NCBI GenBank assembly: GCA_008632985.1
Contig: QPGO01000229.1
Coordinates: forward strand, 62,001-105,282
Source: Psammoneis japonica
Taxonomy: Eukaryota
DNA length: 43,282 nt
Reading direction: 5' to 3'
Part shown: positions 10,800 to 22,853 of the stretch, one piece after another
How the letters are laid out: each line of letters opens with the position of its first letter
How positions within the stretch are numbered: position 1 is the first letter of the stretch
Notes under the pieces: model-generated
Databases searched by the model: none
What the model was told of the DNA's origin: nothing
Seen by the model: only the letters and a program-made list of their open reading frames with translations
Made by a program: the position numbers and the translations under genes

Positions 10800-13340
10800 T
10801 CAGGTGGTGTGTCGAGAGGAGTCGTGATGGAGTGCCGCTTTGTGTTTTTGTGCTGCGTCCATGCAGGAATGTACGTGCTTGGCTCTCGTGTAGTTTCCAT
10901 GTAAAAAGTGTGCCAGGCGATCTCTGGACCGCCCTCTTAATTGAGGTGTCCATGGGGTTGGCAGTTGTTGTGGTGGGGAAATGGGTGGTGGAGGAGGCGC
11001 GCGTAGAGCGCTGGGAGAGGGAGAGAAAAAGGGTTGGCCGAGGGTGCGGACAGACGGTCGTGAGGAGGAGTTGGTGATGGTGGGATGGCGGAGGAGGAAA
11101 GCTTGACATGCAGAGAGATGGTTGGAGAGAGCAAAGCCAAAATTGAGACTGAGGATTTGGGAAGCCCAGAGCAGGGGTGTTGCTGCATGACAGGAGGAGC
11201 CGAAGTGATCGGGTGAAAGTTGTTTCCAGGCCGCGTTGGATTGGGCGAGGAGGTTGGAAGGAGCCAAAAGGGAGTTGGTGCAGGCGGAGAAGGATGCTTG
11301 CGAGTTGGACAAAGAGGATGGGCTGGACCAGGGCAGTTTGGGAGGGAGGGGCAGGATGGAGGAAGAGGCAGTGGTGGAGGCGCCAAAGAAAAAGACATGG
11401 AAGTGATGTCCAATGCCTCCGAGGTGGTCGAAGGCAAAAGGGAGGAGGAAGAGGCCTGCTTGGTTGATGGCGTCAATGACATCAGAGCCATGAGCAGAGG
11501 ATGTAGAACGGCTGAGGAGCTTGTCCCGAGTGCTGCTGAGGCGAGCCTTGTTGAGCGGGTTTTCAGGGGTGGGCAAACCAGGTGCAGGAGGCGGGGGAGC
11601 GGGCGGTGCGGTGATGTCAATTGCCAGGAATTGGTGGGTGGATGGGGCGTTTGGTGGTGTGGAGCCGGGAGCAAGTTGGACGCCGACGTCGGCGGGGCGT
11701 TTTAGAGGGTGGTTGGGCAGGAGTCTGGCAGGGTCGAGGTGGACTTGTTGGCGAGACCGGCAGAGACCGCACATGGGGCCGAGGGTTTCGATGACAGTGT
11801 GGACAGTGTCACGGATGTGGTTGGACAGAGGGCCTTTGTGCATTTTGGAGCAGGCAAAGGCGTGATTGCCGCACAGGTCGGGGCGGGCGTGGCCGCATGG
11901 GCAGTTGTGTTGGGAGAGGGTGGGTGGGACAATGGGCAGGCGGAGCTTGCGTGGGGGAGGAGGATTGTGAAGAGGTGTGGCGGAAGGCGGTTGGAAGTGG
12001 GGGTGCGGGATGGGGAGTGAAGGCACAGGCTTGTGAGTGGGGACAACAAGGATGGGAGCACCGGTTGGATGGAAGGATCAGCGAGGAGCAGGGGAAGGGT
12101 GTTGTGCGTGTGATGGTGGAGGTGAGGGCGCTGTGAGAGACCGCGTAGGGTGTGGTGTTTGACAGCGTGTGGAAGGGAGGTGAAAGAGGAAGAATCAAGT
12201 TTGAGAAGGGTGGGAGCGCAGTGGCGGAAGATTTGGTAGAGGGAGAGAGCAGAGCGAGGGTTGGACCATGAACCAAGAGCAGCAGAGCAGCTTGAGGGAA
12301 GGTGGAAGATGGCACCACCGGTGAGTGGGATGCCATGTTTGGTGCAGCGGACAGATCGGAGGAGGGAGGTGATTAGAGCGGGGACGGCGACTGCGGAGAT
12401 GTCTCGACATCCGATGCCGCCTGAGGAGACGGGCAGGGTGGCAATGAGTTTGGAGGCAGATGGGAGTGGGTTGGCATGTTGGGTGAGGCAGGTGAGGAAT
12501 CGGAGGGAGTGGCCGATGATTTGGTCGGTGAAGGGGGATGCCCATTGAAAGGGGGGTGGGAAGTCGTCAGAGCGCAGAAGATTGCAGCGTGCATCAGCGG
12601 ACAGCAGGTGGTTGATGGAAGGGATGGAGCACTTGCGGAAGAGGGTGCTTTGTGTTTGTTTGTCAGTGAGGCGGACGGTGAGGTGATGAAGGTCGGCGGC
12701 AAAGGAGGTGGCCTTGTTGTGAAGGAAATCGAGGGTGAAAGCGGGCGAGCCGATGGGTCGACCGAGGAAGCGGGTGCCAGTGGTGATCTCGGGTGTGACA
12801 TGGGGCTGTTGTGGGGATTTAGGAAGGCCAAGGCTTTGGAGAGTGCGGCGGCGTCAGCAGGTGGGAGGCGGTTGATGGGAGAAGAGCCGGCAATGGATGT
12901 GAGAATTTGAGTCTTGGAGGTGTTGAGCTTGATGCCAAATTGGGGGCCGCAGGTGGAGAGTCATTTTGAGGAACCAAGGGAGCTGGGAGAAGGGAAGGAA
13001 GACATGGGTGTCATCAATGTACGAAGAGGCAGCAGATTTGGAACAGGGAGGGAGTTGATGACACATTTTGTCATTGATGGGGTGGAATGCGCGAGCAAAA
13101 ACAAGGCAGGAAAAGGCAGGTTTGAGGGGGCAGCCTTGAGCAAATCCCTCGGGTTGAGAGAAGGAGGGCCATTGTGAGCGGTGGTCACGGCACTGGCAGG
13201 TGTTAGGGTCTTGGCAGAGCAAGTCGAAGAAAGGCACAAGAGGGCGGCACTCATCGGAGTTGTCGAGGGTGTGGTGACAGGCATCACGGGAGCATTCGTT
13301 CTTGATCTCCGTTCTGCAGTGCAGTGCAGCCAGGGCCCTG
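10800..13340 (-). mobile_element. Decayed non-LTR retrotransposon ORF: reverse transcriptase + zinc knuckle + restriction-like endonuclease (CRE/Ambal-like)
   Basis: RT motifs EGFAQGCPL, SYIDD, GIKLNTSKTQIL (12.9-13.3 kb). C-terminal CPCG...DLCGNHAFAC...NHIRD, KRPADVG, LAIDIT, LLPFAFDHLGGIG (10800-12026 ORF). Many frameshifts and strong purine skew on the + strand. Confidence 0.8.
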
Positions 13341-16140
13341 TGGCGTGGCTCCAACAGAGTTTTTTTCAGATGATTGTGTCAAATCTGGGGAGGTTGTGTG
13401 CAAGATTCTTGCACACAACAGACAGCCCCATGTTCCACAGACATCCACAGAGATCAAGTGCCACATGCAAGCACTCCACAATGTTTCAGTGCTGTGGCAA
13501 CATTTGTTTGATCATCCCCTTGAATTGGCACCAAAGATTGTTCAAACCTTTTGGACTTTGTGCCTGCCGGCATTGTGCGGCCAACACAGAAGAAAGAAAA
13601 TGGCACCACAGTGAACATTGTCACAATTGATCTGTCCTTGTGTGGGGTTTTGAACAAATTGAAGATCTGCCCAATGCATTTTGTCCAAGCTGCACAAAAC
13701 TCATGGTGTCATCTGCCTCACTTTGTGCAAGCTTTTCTCTCTCAGATGCAAATGAGATGCAGGTGCCCATTGGAGGATTCTTTGCATTTTGTTGACTGTG
13801 GTTGTTGTTTTCCACACAGAGTGATGTTGCTCCTGAAACACCAGCTAAGAAACACAGGGCAGGAGCACATTTTTTCAACCACAGGTGTCCCTGCCTCTGT
13901 GAGCCCCCATGCTGTCATGCTGGTCAAGCGCTGTCAAAAATCAATGACAAGAAGGCACGGCCAACACCGCGTGACAACAAATGTCGTCATGAGCACAGAT
14001 GCTGTGCCTTTGGGTGTGCATTTGCTCAACACCTCTTTTGCTGCTCTTGCTCCTGTTGTTTGCCCATTTGAGGGTGCTGTCAACTTGTCAAATGATGTGT
14101 TGGTGCACACTCTGATCAAAGCTGATGTGAGCGCATTGAAGAGATCATCATTTTGGTGGCATTCTTCTCAATGTGTTGCAGCCTGGTTGAGCCAAGTGTG
14201 AAATTGTTGAATGAGATGCCATTGGCCTTTTGCTGTGCAGATTGCTGATCAACAGTTTCTTGAAGACTTGCTGTGTGCAAGAGGCAAGAGTTTCTCCACT
14301 GCCTGTTGATGTCTGCTTGTCAAATGACCCACTCTGCAGTGTGCATCACAGTTCGTGGGTGATCTGGGGATGAGTCTGGACAGCTGCTGTTCAAACAATC
14401 TTGTGCAGAATTTGCACTGGAACAGTCAGTCAATCAGTGCAATTGGGGTGTTCGGAACACTGTGTTCAAAAAGCACGTGTGAACATTGGAAAGACTCTAC
14501 ATCTTTTTCATCAGTTGATTGAAGTCAGCACTGACAAATGCCCCAAACACACAGATGGACAGAATTTATTCAAACAGCATTTGGCAGCTGTCCAGACACA
14601 TCTGGGGGACGTCTTTGGAAGTGAGACCAGCAAAAAGGTCTGCATGCCAGTGCGTTTGGGGCACTCAGCTGTGTGGCAAAAAAACAAAAATCACAGTCAT
14701 GGCAGAACTTGCTGCCAACAATGACAGCAAAGGAGACGGCTGCGACGTAAACTCCAGTTCACCACAATGTGTGTAAGACCTGTCATTCATGCCACCGCAC
14801 CAATTGCAAGTGATGACGAGAGTGCCTTGTCTCGCCATGTGAGCAACGTGCTTCAAACAATCCATGCAACGGCAGCATGCTTCCACCACTTTCCGCCAGT
14901 GGCAACATCCCGATTCCGTTGACAAAACTTTGTGGTGTCAAGGTGCTTGTTGACAAATCCATGCTCAACAGCAAGCCAAAGCAAAATGGAAATCATTGGA
15001 CAGATTCAAATCTTCAGGCTGTGATGCTGGGTCTCTCCAAGACAAGCTCATTTCAGTCAACTGGTGGTTTGGTCTTTCCGTTGAAGAGAAGCAGAGGGAA
15101 TTTGAAAGGCTCAAGGGTGTCCATCAGCATCCAACGGCATCAAACCAACATTTTCCCAAGAAGAAGAAGGTTGTTTTGTGCACCGATTCTCAAGATTTGT
15201 TGGGCGAGCATGTTGAGAACAGTGCAAGCGGCCAAAAGCTTTCTGGAAAGCACTGTCTCACAACAGGGATGATGTGATTGAGAAGGTGCAGCATGCAATG
15301 GGAAAACCAGTTCCAAATGCTGCAGCCTGCATGGAGAGGACTGTTGCTGACACCATGGAGTTGGTGTGCAACGTGACGGTTGCCTGCAACATGTCACTTG
15401 TTTTGGAGCATCAGGTTGGAGCTCCCCACAAATCTGGGGTTGCCCCATTGGATGAAGCTCTTCTGCCATGCCCAAAGAGAATTGTCATGGTGCCAAACAG
15501 TGAGAGGCTGCCATTCGATGAAGAAACAATTGGCTGCATGAAAACAGACAAGAACACGGAAAATGATCTTTGATGGCATCAACGAAAGCACCTGATGATC
15601 ATTGCAAGCAATTGCTTGAGCTCCTCATGCTGTTCTCACTCATCACACCCCTGCAGTGCTGCTGTCTAAAGATTCAGCTGTCATTGAAAGGAGCAATGTG
15701 ATGCAAGCCATCATCTGCTCTCTGCAGTGTGTGCCAGTGCCAGTCAAGACATGGCTGTTTCTGCAACAAAAACCATTGGAATTCAACAAGAAGCATCTGA
15801 TGTGTGCAATGCAACACATGCCTTAGATTGTTTCAACCACACTGGATCTTTTCTTAGAGCATGGAATGAATCCATGCGAGCGGGGCACTCCCTCCATGCA
15901 CAAAACTTGTCACTTGGTGTTGCTTTGTGCCTCTCTCGTGATGCACTCAAATCCCCTGCTTCCTGCCTTGAACCTTCATTCAAAGTCACAAGAACTTCTG
16001 GTCAGCAACTGAACAGTGTCTTCCTCAACTGAACCATGTTGTTGACCAACCAGCTCTTGTTGACTCCTTTCAGCTTTGAAGGTGTCTCAACTCCATGATT
16101 GCTTTTGCTTGTTTCTTTTGACTGCGGCTTGGATTGGGCT

Positions 16141-16174
16141 CAACAATGGAGAATTCTCAACAATGGAGAATTCT
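16141..16174. repeat. 17-bp tandem duplication CAACAATGGAGAATTCT x2
   Basis: Read directly. Confidence 0.85.
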
Positions 16175-19100
16175 TCAAACATCTCCACTTTGGTCCCACT
16201 CTTTTTCAACTCCTCCTCAATGTCAGTGGACGTCCTCCTGGCTTGGAACCTCTCAATGTTGTCTGCAACTTTCTGGCCAGTTGCCGAAATCTGATCCATG
16301 CCAAGGTGCCTGTGTCAGCATCGCAGTCTGTTCAGTTGAGCCACCCTCACTGTCCTTGAAGTTGACATTGTCTCCAGAATTCATCAGAGGCATGTGAGTT
16401 CCAAGGTCTGCTCTCTGAGATGTTGCCTCTGCCGTCCTTCTAGAAACATCAAGCAAAAGCGTGTCATGAGACTTGGTCAATCTCATGCATGACAGAAGTT
16501 CACAAAGTTGTGTTGGTTGGCTTCCTTCTGCTTGGAACGAGAGAACATTTGCCATGTGTCCAATGTCCTTCCTTGGATCAACTGAATGAACAATCAAATC
16601 TTGACAGATGGCAGCAACAAACACCTGGGATTGATGTCCAGCATTTTTTAAGTGATGTTTTGAAACAGAACGTGACCCGCACTCACAGCAAACAATCCTC
16701 TTTCCCAAGCATGCACGAATCAACTTTCGCCATGTGATGCAGCAGATCATTTGGAGTCTGCACTTCTGCAGGCACATTTTTGTCAGTCTCCACTGGCATG
16801 TGCGGCAATGGTGTCACTGCTGAATGCAACCACAAATTCGCATCAATGCAATTCTTTTCATCTGTTGACATGGGGGAAAGAACTTGGCATCAGCTGACAA
16901 GGTGCACTGGAGCTTTTCCACTGTAAGTTGCTGATTTGAGCTGTCACCCAGGAGCGACACTTTGAACATTGTGTTTGCCAGCAATCCCTTTCCCACCCAG
17001 TCTTTTTGGTCTTGGAGATCCACATCTTGCAAGTTCGTTGGCCAAACCTGAAATGCATCGAGTGCCTCATGACGAGACATCATTGTGCTGAATTTCAACT
17101 GGCTCCAGCCAACTTCTCTCTCTCTTTCTGTCATTGCACGTGCATCTCACTTCAAGTGGTGGTCACCAAATTTGTTGACTGCTGACGGTGCGGTCACACA
17201 GAGAGCACTGAAGCAGGCGTTTTCCTCTTTCCACCCCCAATTCTGACAGACAGCAAAGGCACAAAATGTGGTCGCAAGGCTTCAGTTCAACACGCAAGGA
17301 CTTGTTGTCGTCAGACACATCCAGCGAACATCATTGACAGCGCACAATTGCCTCCGTGATTGTCAAAGAGACACCGGCAGATTTCCATGGTGTGATGTGG
17401 GATCAAGATTCAAGATGTCAAATCTGGCGCCAGCTGAATGCCCCAAATGCACTTGCACACAGAGTGGGGCCCTGCAGACTTTTTTCATTGGCATCACTTC
17501 CAGAAGGCTCAGACAAATGTCAAGCACATCGTCAACCAGATTGGCTCCACAACAGTTTCATCAAAAGAAGGAATGGATTGGCCATGAGCGAAAGAGAAAA
17601 ACCTCCTGGGGGAGGTGTGTTGAAGACCAAGACAAGAGGACGATGGAGCTTTCATTGACATGGCAGACTTTGAGGAAATTGGACAGGCAGATGGAGTCAA
17701 TGACACGGGAATGAACTGTGTGTGTTCCAGATCCAGGAGATGTCGAAAAGAGGTGACTGTTTTGCTTCGACAATGCATGTTCAAATGCCGTCAGTCCAGA
17801 TCAACCAAAACAATTGGGGTGATTCTGCCCCACAATTTGCCAAAGCAATGCCCCGGATTTCATGAGAAACCACAAACCCAGGGATCCGGGGAATCCAGTG
17901 AATTCGTTGCCTCACGCCAAGGAGCAGTGGATTCTCAAACCAGCATTGGACAGACTCAATCAACGGTGAGTGACGATTTGATTCCGGTCGATGCATTTGG
18001 ACAAGCGACCAAACACCGCCACAGGACAGTGCAGCCACCAAAGGAACTGACAAAGCTCATCCACTTCCAAAAGCGAGGGACAACACTCTTGCTTGGAATC
18101 ATCCGGCAGCTTCAATTCTGTCCGGAGTGAATTTGCCAACAAGGCAATTCTGGGTTGCATCAAAAGAGCACGGGAAGGTGGCGATGAAATGACAGCGCGC
18201 TTTCCCGGAATCAGGAATTTGCTTTGCAACATCGTGCACATGACCAGTCAACAAAGTCTGTTTGATCGGAACCCTCGTGTTTTTGTTTTTCCTGCACTTG
18301 ACATTGATGGCATGCATGAGTGGGAAGGCACAGGAGATGTGATGCTGTCATGTTGTGCAAAGATGGCTGGCATCAAAGAAAAATTGGCTTGACTGGAGTT
18401 TGTCAGCCAAAGCCAAAAAAGCAACTTGACAAAATGTGATTGATGCGATGAACACACCGCCTCTTTGGTTTGCAAATTCCTTGAGCATGGCATCCTTCAG
18501 AAGTCTGCAACTGAAGTGAATCAGCATCAAAAAACTTGTGCAGAAAAGCAAGCTCATGCAAGATTTTGGGCAGAAAAAAAGGTTCCATCGCTCCTCGGGC
18601 TTTTTGATGACAGCATTGGACCACTGCTCAAGATCTCCTTTGGAGCACACGGCAGTGACAATCAGCGCCTTCACCCCACGGTCAACCCAATGCTTCTTTC
18701 ATTTGAGCAGGCAACAATGTGATGCGAAAAAGACTCGGCTTCAGAGCGGCAGCTGGCGCTGAACCGCTTGAACTTGATGACCTGTCAGAAGAGGGCAAGC
18801 AAAATTTACGAGCTTGTCTTCAACACCAGGCTCTTGAGGAGAAGGAGGTGTGTCCTCTCCAACCTTTGTGTGCATGCGTGCATTGACAAGCTTGTCTTTG
18901 TGCAATCCTTGCAAAATCTTGGCTCGTTTGCACATCTGTCTTTTTCCTCAGCATGTGTTCTGTCTTCAGAGGCTTGTTGTGCACGTGTTTGGCTTGGCTT
19001 GTGAACTCTTCATGTTTGGCCATGGGTGCCATCTCTGCCAGTGTCACGATTGCGTTTGTTGCAGCACACTGTCCTCAGCCAAAGAGTTGTCAGGATTCTG

Positions 19101-19204
19101 TCCTTCCTTGGATGTGGTGGCTTCTTCATCAGTGGGTCATTTTCCTTGTCATCAGAGCTGTCATTGTCACAACATTTGCTTGTGAACAAATCCATTTCTG
19201 GCTG

Positions 19205-19336
19205 GTGCAAAAAAGCCAAAGCCTTTTTCAATCTTGCCCATTGAGGCCATTGATGTTCAAAGCATTGCCAGTGCAAAAAAGCCAAAGCCTTTTTCAGTCT
19301 TGCCCATTGAGGCCATTGACGTTCAAAGCATTGCCA
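19205..19336. repeat. 66-bp tandem duplication (2 copies, 2 mismatches)
   Basis: GTGCAAAAAAGCCAAAGCC...AAAGCATTGCCA at 19205 and 19271; differences CAATCT/CAGTCT and GATGTT/GACGTT. Confidence 0.9.
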
Positions 19337-20855
19337 AGCATTTGTTGTTGTGCTTCCTTGGCTGGATGTTGCTCTGGAAAGCAGAGAGAACACCCAATTT
19401 CTTGATTGAGCCTGGCAACCTCCTGTCTGCTTTTCAGGTTGCTTCTGTTCACAACTGGGAAAAGATTGGGTCCTTCATGACAAATGGAAGCTTGCCATGG
19501 AACTGCCAGACTTGAGAGTTTGTGAGCACAGGAAGCTTTTGAAGGAGCAAGAGGCTGGGATGAGTCAGCCAGTGTTGCTGCCCCCAGCAAAAGCGCTGTG
19601 TGCAGTGGATCCTTTTAGTGTTGTCAAAAAGAACTGCTGGGCTGATGCATGGCTGTCAAAAAAGTTCAAATCCTGCCTGAGACAAGTGTCAGTGGGGGCA
19701 GCATTGAGTGTCGCAGGGCCCTGTCTTTGTTTAAATTTCAACACAACACCACCTGGTGTCCATTTCTGGACTTGCTGTGTGCTCTTTTCATTTCCTTTGG
19801 TTGTTTGTGCTCAGGAATTGCATCAATTCTTGATGTGGAGCACTTTTGTTTTGGGACTTTTTTGGAAAACCAAGAGCCCCAAACTTTTTGATGGAAGGAA
19901 GCAGCATCAGAAGGCATGGCAAAATTGTTTCTTTTCAATGCAGTGCAAAGTCAAACGATCGTTTTTGTTGTTGCCAACATGTCAACTCTGTGTTGTGACC
20001 AATTGCCACACCACAAGCTGGTGTGCTCTTGCCACCCACAAAGTTGATGGGCTTTTCAATGTTGCACAACAGAATGCCCCCATTGTGCACAACAATGGAG
20101 CATCTCCAAGTCAGGCATGAAGTCCAGTGCATCAGATCCAATCTTCATCAGCAATCCAAAGTTGGTTTTGTGATGTGGCATCAGTGCTGGCTGCGCTGAC
20201 AAAGGCGCTGAGCGCGCCACATTGTGTCATCATTTTCTTTCTCAATTCTTCTCAGCAGTGTGACCAAAAATGTGGAATGTGATGCATCAGCACATGTGTG
20301 GCTGACCTTCAAGTTTGGCTGAACTGTGAGACTTGGTTGTAGAGGATGATGCAGCAAATTGGCATTTTGCCATTGTTTTCACTCTTTCAAACACCCCAAG
20401 CAAACAAAAAAGCAAAAGATGAAAAAATGAGCAGCCCAGCTGCCAGCCAAATCTTTGCAAGCTCCAAAATTTGTGTCTTGTTTGGATTTTAACACTTCAA
20501 CCACCAGGGAGCAAATCTCCACCTTGTGATGTTGATGTGCCATCCATTTGTGTGACAGTGCAATGAACACCACACAAAAATGTTGCGCCATGTGCAGTCT
20601 GCACAAAGTGTGAAATCTCCACCAACTCACCGAGATTTGTGCGGTTGAAGGATGACAGCTCCTCTCCATCATCCACAGACAAAGCATGCAAAAAAAAAAA
20701 TGGCACTAAAAGTTGACGTTGAACTTTCTCAATTGCAAAAATGGGGCTGGCTCCCCAGATTTTTTGGTGAATGTGCACTCCAAAACACAAATTGCTCCAA
20801 TTTTCTGTTGCTCATGTGTCTGGGGGCATTTTGTTCAACACATTTGCAACACAAG

Positions 20856-20887
20856 TGAGCAAATCTCCACCCATGGAGATTTGCTCA
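20856..20887. repeat. Perfect 14-bp inverted repeat with 4-nt loop
   Basis: TGAGCAAATCTCCA-CCCA-TGGAGATTTGCTCA. Confidence 0.9.
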
Positions 20888-22193
20888 AGTCTGGTGGTTG
20901 AAGGGTTAAAATGAGCTGTGTGTTGGGAGTGTTTCTGCCTGATGTTGGTGCCACAGATTTGCTCATGTTTGCAGTTGTGAGCCAGAAGGTTGCTCATGTT
21001 GCTGCAACATGACACCTTCCACACTGTGGCTGTGCATCGCTCACCATGGTGCCTCATGCAATGGTGCAAACAAAAGCAGCTGTTGCAGTTGCATGGCTTG
21101 GTGCACACTCCATGAGGACCCAATCATGGATTTTCTGAGCTGCAGCCTTTCCCAGTGCTGCGTGGACTTCTGGTTTCGTCAAATGGAGAAAAAACAATCT
21201 CTTGGAGACTTGGCTCTTTTTTTCATGTTGCGCAGCCTGGCTTGACCTGGCTGGCTGGTCAGCAACAATCAATCTTGCCTTTCCTCTCTTTGTTGGCTGA
21301 GTCATGGGTGGTGTGGCTGCGCTTGGTGTGTGACTTGGTGATGAGATGCCAGCCAGCACAACAGGCTCTGACTGATTTTGGAAAATGCTCAAGCAATGCT
21401 GAGTTGATTTGGAGGAACTCTTGTGAGCTCCATTGCTGCTGATGGTGTTTGCTTGCTTCAACAAGGGGTTTCAGCCCAGCAACCACAAGCCAGGCATCAC
21501 CTCCTGAAAGATCCAGTGACACAAATCTGATGGATGACAAACACCTTTCTTTCTGCACTCTTGCTGCATGCAAACAGAGCTGCCCCCCCCCTCCCCCCTG
21601 TGCTCACATGTGGAGAGACTCTCTCTCTCAATGGCTGAAACACTGCCAGGTGGTCACAAGCAGAAAACACTGACTTGGCTCAGTTTGGCTTGAGCCCATG
21701 GCTTGGCAAGCAGCACCACATTTGATGGCACCCGGTGGATGTGGGCCAAAATCCACAACCTTGGATTGCATGGCATGGTGAGCAGTGCAAGCATCAGACT
21801 CAATGAAGCCTTGTGTGCCAGGACCATTTTTGTCATCTTTGTCATCTGAGCCAGCATCTTTTGGCTCTGAAGCAGGAATCTCACCATTGGTGTTTTTGTC
21901 TTCAGGATCTTGAGTGGTGCCTGGCATGGCTGTGTGATCTTTCTTTGACCAAGACTTTGTCAATGCAGCATCTGTGGGTGAGACACTTTTTCATGGTCTG
22001 GGTGGCTTGCACAAATGACCACAGAGAGATCCTTTCACACCTTCAACAGAGGTTGACACCATCCTTTGGAGGATGTCCCTTGTGGCAGCTGCTGGTTGTG
22101 ACATTTTCCATGAGCAGCTTCAACAACAACATGGGGAGCTTGACAAAAAAACTGCAGAGAAGCTTGGGAAGGTTGCTGCATGACAGAGGTGAA

Positions 22194-22217
22194 GCAGCAG
22201 CAGCAGCAGCAGCAGCA
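22194..22217. repeat. (GCA)8 microsatellite
   Basis: Read directly. Confidence 0.9.
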
Positions 22218-22803
22218 ACAACATCCAGAGGAGCAGGGAAGACAGCACCAGCTGTCTCCACTTCTCATGCTTCCACCATGGTCTGAACCGGATGGCATCA
22301 ATGGAAAACAGAGGTGAGAATGCACGTGCAATGTCAGGCCTGGGCGGGGCGAAGCTGAGCTTGCTGACAACAAACCGGAGCCCCGCATGGCCGGCGGTTG
22401 TGCGCCAGCATGCCACTGTGGTTTGAGTGATGAGAGGGGGGTTAGAGAGATGTGGCTTCAAATGGATGTCATCAACAAAGATGAGTGCAACTCATGAGTT
22501 GGAAAAAAAATGCCGCCGTTGACGAGGAAGAGAACCTCGCCCACTCAGTTTGAGAGAAAGCACTGGAAAGTGCAGAAGAAAGATTCCGCCAGACAGCTGG
22601 GTTGTCTTGGTGAGGTGGCTGGGCAGGGCACACACCCATCTCTCGGATGAGGGGGGCCGCACAGGTGTGGACAGGAGTTGAAATGATGCGTTGAATGTGT
22701 GTTGCTCTCTGGCACAATAAAAAAAAGGAAAAAGTGGAGATTTTATGTTGTCATTTCATTGACCACTCAGTGGTTGGTGATTGCAGACTTTTTCGTGTCG
22801 GTC

Positions 22804-22853
22804 CGGCAGTCGGGGGGTCGGGCAGTCGGGGGTCGGGCAGTCGGGCAGTCGGG
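22804..22853. repeat. G-rich tandem repeat (GGGCAGTC interspersed with GGGGGTC) near the right edge of the mutated block
   Basis: CGGCAGTCGGGGGGTCGGGCAGTCGGGGGTCGGGCAGTCGGGCAGTCGGG. Confidence 0.85.

Larger units (their letters stand above)
13340..22280. other. ~9-kb block of heavily mutated (TpA- and CpG-depleted) formerly coding-like DNA of unidentified origin
   Basis: TA nearly absent and CG scarce. Dense short ORFs in all six frames, rich in C/H/Q/W/M with almost no Tyr. No recognisable domain. Confidence 0.7.

Noticed and set aside
13340..22280. Dozens of 60-216 aa ORFs in the track, many Cys/His-rich and resembling zinc-finger proteins
   Set aside because: They overlap in all six frames and are explained by loss of TAA/TAG and Tyr->Cys/His conversion; not called as genes.
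19205..22853. CRISPR-like array
   Set aside because: The repeats are direct tandem duplications or microsatellites without spacers, in a eukaryotic context with no cas genes.
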